From positions 1 to 10,651 of the forward strand of contig JBGQJI010000084.1 in the NCBI GenBank assembly GCA_041498975.1: DNA of 10,651 nucleotides. Direction: 5' to 3'. The notes under the pieces are model-generated. The model was not told where the DNA came from. It ran no database searches and saw nothing but the letters and a program-made list of their open reading frames with translations. The position numbers were made by a program, and so were the translations under genes. The stretch comes from Candidatus Methylomirabilis sp. Its GTDB lineage: Bacteria; Methylomirabilota; Methylomirabilia; Methylomirabilales; Methylomirabilaceae. Positions 6,997 to 10,651 of the stretch are shown here, piece by piece (within the stretch, counting starts at the first letter, position 1; the number at the start of each line of letters is the position of its first letter).

Positions 6997-7179
6997 ATGG
7001 ATAACCCAATCAATTGGTTCGGCGGCACACAGTTCGCCGGGTTCAGCGACAACGAGATCAGGGCGATTCGAGAGGGCGCTGCTTTGAGAGCGCGTCAGGA
7101 CGTAGACGCCCCCCGGCAGCAGACATCGCGTGCGGCGGGGTCGAGAAGAAAGCGTAGTGTGAAACGAAAAGCCGCGTAG
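6997..7179 (+). CDS. Hypothetical 60-aa protein with a basic C-terminal tail
   Basis: Strong SD region AAGGAGGTGAGCGAGGAG before ATG 6997, downstream of a good promoter. Ends SRRKRSVKRKAA. No family recognised. Confidence 0.65.
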   Translation: MDNPINWFGGTQFAGFSDNEIRAIREGAALRARQDVDAPRQQTSRAAGSRRKRSVKRKAA

Positions 7180-7274
7180 GCCGTCGGGCTTCCTGGAGCA
7201 TCAGGCAGATCGGAGGCTGTGAAGGGGCAAGATCGCCCGGGGAGGGTAGACTGTCGGTCGTACTGAGATCGGAT

Positions 7275-7709
7275 ATGCCGATGAGCGGGTCGGGGTGGTG
7301 GCGTTTTCGCGGTGCCGCCGCGGCCCTGGTAGTCCTGGTTCTCAGCGGATCAGCCCTCGCCGTTCAGAAGAAATCCCCAGCGGCCGAGCGCAAGCCCCCG
7401 GCCGATCAGACGACAACGGCAGAGGCGCATTACGAGCTCGGGGTTTTCTACCATCAGCGGCTGTTCGCCGATCTGGACCAGGCCATTGCCGAGTATGAGC
7501 AGGCAGTCAAGCTCAGAAGCGACTTCGCCGATGCCCACTATCATCTGGGACTGTCGTATCATACAAAGGCCAAGCTGGGCGTAGATGACAAGGCTCTGTA
7601 CCGCAAGGCGCTGAAGGAATACAAGCTGTATCTGAAATATCTGCCAAAGGGCGAGCTGGCTGATAAAGCCCGGCAGAACATCAAGGCAGTGGAGTTGCGG
7701 CTACGATGA
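7275..7709 (+). CDS. Exported tetratricopeptide-repeat protein
   Basis: Signal peptide ending SALA. TPR-like AEAHYELGVFY...AIAEYEQAVKL..DFADAHYHLGLSY...ALKEYKLYLKYLP. Confidence 0.85.
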   Translation: MPMSGSGWWRFRGAAAALVVLVLSGSALAVQKKSPAAERKPPADQTTTAEAHYELGVFYHQRLFADLDQAIAEYEQAVKLRSDFADAHYHLGLSYHTKAKLGVDDKALYRKALKEYKLYLKYLPKGELADKARQNIKAVELRLR

Positions 7710-7734
7710 GGGTTCGGCCAGAGAACCAGGTCTC

Positions 7735-8790
7735 ATGAAGATCTTGGGCAAGATCGGTAGGCATGTGTTCGTTCTGTGGGTCGTGGGCGCCCTGCTGGGC
7801 TTCCCGCACCCTCGGCACGCCTCAGGCTTCACGATCATCTCCGAGGCTGAGGAGAACGAGATCGGCAGCAAGGCCGATGAGGAGATCCTGAGACGATTTG
7901 GACGCTATCGGGATCAGCAGCTCCAGGCATATGTCGAGTCGGTCGGCCAGCGGCTGCTTGAGGCGATCGGTCCGACCAGTTTTCGCTACAGCTTCAAGAT
8001 CATCGACATCCCCGAGGTGAACGCCATGGCCCTGCCTGGGGGCTACATCTATATCACCCGGGGGATGCTGGCGATGCTGAACAGTGAGGGCCAACTTGCG
8101 GGGGTCCTCGGCCACGAGATCGGTCACGCCACCGCCCGCCACGCGGCCAAGCAACTGACGAAAGCATTCGGCGCCCAGATCCTGTCATTGGGCCTCATGG
8201 CTCTCAGTCCAGGGGGTCGGGAGAATGCTGGGAACTGGGCGATGGTTTCCTCAGCCATCTTCGATCACGTCCTGTTGGGATATGGCCGGGACGCCGAGTT
8301 AGAGGCCGATGAGCTGGGGCTCCGGACGGCCTATCGAGTCGGGTACGATCCCAAGGAGATGGTCACCTTTCTCAAGGCGATGAAGCTGAAGGAGCGACTG
8401 GAGGCCCTCGGTTATCATGGGTTCCAGGGGACCCATCCGGAAACGACCGAGCGCATCGTGAAGGCCCAAACGATGGCTTCCATCCTCATCGAGCAGGGCG
8501 GTGGCACTCTCGAGGTGAAGGGAAACGAGTATAAGGCACATCTCGAGGGGCTGGTCTATGGAGCGAAAAGGGACAACCGGCGCATGAAGGTGTACGCCGC
8601 AAGAAATGGGGATACTCCAACCAGCGTAGCCAGGGATGTTCTTGGCGATCAGCAACTGGCATGGGAGATAGCCAGCCTGAATGGGATCAAGGAGGCGACG
8701 GTCTTCCAAGAGGGGGACCAGGTCAAACTCCTGCCGCCTTCTTCTGAGGCGGTAAGTGGCGGGCAGCGGTTAAAGCTGTCCCCGAACTGA
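7735..8790 (+). CDS. M48 family Zn metalloprotease with C-terminal LysM-like domain
   Basis: VNAMALPGGYIYITRG, LAGVLGHEIGH (HExxH), YGRDAELEAD, GTHP. C-terminal YAARNGDTPTSVA...IASLNGI...GDQVKL resembles LysM. Confidence 0.92.
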   Translation: MKILGKIGRHVFVLWVVGALLGFPHPRHASGFTIISEAEENEIGSKADEEILRRFGRYRDQQLQAYVESVGQRLLEAIGPTSFRYSFKIIDIPEVNAMALPGGYIYITRGMLAMLNSEGQLAGVLGHEIGHATARHAAKQLTKAFGAQILSLGLMALSPGGRENAGNWAMVSSAIFDHVLLGYGRDAELEADELGLRTAYRVGYDPKEMVTFLKAMKLKERLEALGYHGFQGTHPETTERIVKAQTMASILIEQGGGTLEVKGNEYKAHLEGLVYGAKRDNRRMKVYAARNGDTPTSVARDVLGDQQLAWEIASLNGIKEATVFQEGDQVKLLPPSSEAVSGGQRLKLSPN

Positions 8791-8811
8791 ATCCTATTAA
8801 TGGAGGGCGAA

Positions 8812-8850
8812 ATGATCGGAATGATCAGAAGGACGGCCATGACTCTCTGA
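8812..8850 (+). CDS. Putative 12-aa leader peptide MIGMIRRTAMTL
   Basis: GGAGGG SD at 8802-8807, ATG 8812, tandem AGA AGG codons, TGA 8848-8850 overlapping a helix segment of a possible attenuator. Confidence 0.3.
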   Translation: MIGMIRRTAMTL

Positions 8851-8978
8851 CACTCATCGCACGTATCATCTGTACCATCCAGAGGGTCGGGTCCGGCAAG
8901 AACGTGGAGGCGCTTCAGATGTTCCCCTGACAGAGTGTATGTAGTCCGTGTATTCGCGGAATAGACCAGGCCGCTCGG

Positions 8979-9014
8979 GCCCTCTGGAGCAAGGCACCAG
9001 GGGGTTTTTATTTT
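8979..9014 (+). terminator. Intrinsic (Rho-independent) terminator
   Basis: GCCCTCTGG-AGCAAGGCA-CCAGGGGGT stem followed by TTTTTATTTT. Confidence 0.8.
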
Positions 9015-9115
9015 CGCCATGGGCCGATACAATTCATTCAGCCCCCTGCCTGAGTTGGACGAGGGAGCCCCTGTAAGTTCGGGCAGCCCGCTATTCAATG
9101 AAGGAGGGCACAACG

Positions 9116-9793
9116 ATGTACGAGACCATTCCCCTGATCCCCCAGCGAACGCTTCGTCTCTACGCGAACGTCGAGCGTCGGTATCAGGTCTGGATTGTCG
9201 TCCTTGCCATTGCCGCTCTGGCTTTAGGCGCCTCCACATTGGCGCTGCACGGGCGGCTGCAGACGGCGGAGCCAGAAGGCTATGACGCCGTCTACGAGAG
9301 TGTGATGAAAGAGTACGATGCGGTGCGGGACGATCTCTATCTCCGTCGGTACCTGATCGCGAAGATCAAGAGCCTGGCAGCGGAATATGAGGTAGACCCT
9401 GACCTCCTCTTCTCGGTGGTCGCGGTCGAGTCTTCCTTCCGTGTCGTGGCCAAGTCTCCGAGGAATGCCAGGGGCTTAGGGCAGGTCATGTTTGCGACGG
9501 CCAGGGCGGTGAACCCCGACGCAGTGAGCCGGCCCGATGACCTGTACGACGTTCATCTGAACCTGGACACCGCTTTGAAATTCTTGAAGGCCACTCTCGT
9601 GCAAAACCGAGACGATATGCGCGCGGCGTTGCTGGTGTACTACTACGGGGATACGGCGCGCCGGCCCGGATTCCAGGACAGAGACCAGTATGTCCGAAAG
9701 GTGATGGATTGTTACAATCACCTTCAAGAGCGGCGGCAGGTTCTTGGTGGAACGGCTCTGATCTTGGACCCGGCCTACCAGCCATCCGGCTAG
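9116..9793 (+). CDS. SLT-domain lytic transglycosylase with N-terminal membrane anchor
   Basis: VDPDLLFSVVAVESSF (catalytic Glu), AKSPRNARGLGQVM, LYDVHLNL, ALLVYYYG, YVRKV. TM segment VWIVVLAIAALALGASTLAL. AAGGAGG SD before ATG 9116. Confidence 0.88.
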   Translation: MYETIPLIPQRTLRLYANVERRYQVWIVVLAIAALALGASTLALHGRLQTAEPEGYDAVYESVMKEYDAVRDDLYLRRYLIAKIKSLAAEYEVDPDLLFSVVAVESSFRVVAKSPRNARGLGQVMFATARAVNPDAVSRPDDLYDVHLNLDTALKFLKATLVQNRDDMRAALLVYYYGDTARRPGFQDRDQYVRKVMDCYNHLQERRQVLGGTALILDPAYQPSG

Positions 9794-9894
9794 TACCGTT
9801 CCAACTTGTTAGCACAAATGGCAAGATTGTGAGACAGCCGATTAGTACGGCACCAAGTCATTTCGTCGTTAGGCGGATAAAATTGGAACGGTCC
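9793..9894. mobile_element. MITE, subfamily B copy 2 (102 bp)
   Basis: CTA|GTACCGTTCCAAC...ATTGGAACGGTCC|TAG. Shares GCCGAT and GTTAGGCGGATA at identical offsets with 3300-3401. Confidence 0.85.
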
Positions 9895-9931
9895 TAGTCT
9901 CCACTCGGGCCGAGGCGAGAGGGCTGACCAT

Positions 9932-10651
9932 TTGGAGGCGGGTCAAGGAGGAGGGAACGGGGACGCCATCCGCCGGATGTTTGGCGGCATCGCGCACCGT
10001 TACGATCTCCTCAATTGCCTCCTGAGTGTCGGCCGGGACCGCTACTGGCGCCGGGAGGCGGTGGCCGAGGCCAAGCTCCCGCCTGGTGGGCTGGCGGTCG
10101 ATGTCTGCACCGGAACCGCCGACGTCGCCCTCGAACTGGCCAAACAATTCCCCTCGGCCAGGTCGATCGTCGGAGTGGACTTCTGTCTGCCGATGATTCG
10201 GCTGGCAGCGGAGAAGGTGGCCCGGGAGGGTCTGGCTGGCCGCATCGGGCTGCAGGCCGGCTCTGCCGAGGCGCTCCCATTCGACACCGACACCTTCGAC
10301 GCGGCCACCGTTGCCTTCGGCATCCGCAATCTGGTGGACCGAAAGCAGGGCCTCGCTGAGCTGAACCGGGTGCTCCGGCCTGGGGGCCGGGGAATCGTCT
10401 TGGAGTTCGCCATGCCAGAGGGGCCGCTCTTCGGCCGGCTCTATCGCTTCTATTTCCACCGGGTGCTACCGTGGCTGGGCGGCCTGATCTCTGGGGACCG
10501 GGCGGCCTACAGCTATCTTCCGGCCTCCGTGTCGGCCTTTCCGTCCTCGCGGGAGCTGACAAGAATGATGGAAGAGGTTGGCTTCCACGACGTCCGCGTG
10601 CGTACTCTCACCGGTGGGATCGTCACACTTCATGTAGGGAAGAAGTGGCAG
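9932..10651 (+). CDS. menG: Demethylmenaquinone methyltransferase (MenG/UbiE), 3' truncated by window edge
   Basis: Not in the ORF track. TTG 9932 after GAGAGGG opens ...AIRRMFGGIAHRYDLLNCLLSVGRDRYWRR...VDVCTGTADVA...GVDFCLPM...AEALPF...TVAFGIRN...RVLRPGGRGIVLEF...AYSYLPASVSAFP..., open to the window end. Confidence 0.93.
   Translation, partial: MEAGQGGGNGDAIRRMFGGIAHRYDLLNCLLSVGRDRYWRREAVAEAKLPPGGLAVDVCTGTADVALELAKQFPSARSIVGVDFCLPMIRLAAEKVAREGLAGRIGLQAGSAEALPFDTDTFDAATVAFGIRNLVDRKQGLAELNRVLRPGGRGIVLEFAMPEGPLFGRLYRFYFHRVLPWLGGLISGDRAAYSYLPASVSAFPSSRELTRMMEEVGFHDVRVRTLTGGIVTLHVGKKWQ

Overview
A GC-rich bacterial chromosomal window. The gene set is compatible with an NC10/Methylomirabilis-like organism, but that is inference only. 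Genes in order: 3' end of an MBL-fold hydrolase, a Cas4/AddB-like PD-(D/E)XK Fe-S nuclease, an Ogt methyltransferase with a C-terminal Ada Zn domain, a small membrane protein, an NTF2/SnoaL-like protein and a Rieske ferredoxin (both on the minus strand), tRNA-Thr(CGT), a PQQ-dependent methanol/ethanol-family dehydrogenase, a 60-aa hypothetical protein, a TPR protein, an M48 protease with a LysM-like domain, an SLT lytic transglycosylase, and most of menG/ubiE. The non-coding DNA is the most unusual part. (1) Four 101-102 bp TA-duplicating (IS630-type) MITEs share terminal inverted repeats; one is nested inside another, and their ends coincide with four host stop codons. (2) A different TA-flanked MITE carries a REP-like hairpin. 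(3) An inverted heptamer-repeat array is translated inside the nuclease. (4) A leader peptide with mutually exclusive antiterminator/terminator helices lies upstream of the transglycosylase. (5) A structured ~240-nt leader precedes the 60-aa ORF. The PQQ enzyme has W-E-Y-D where lanthanide-type enzymes have W-D-Y-D.
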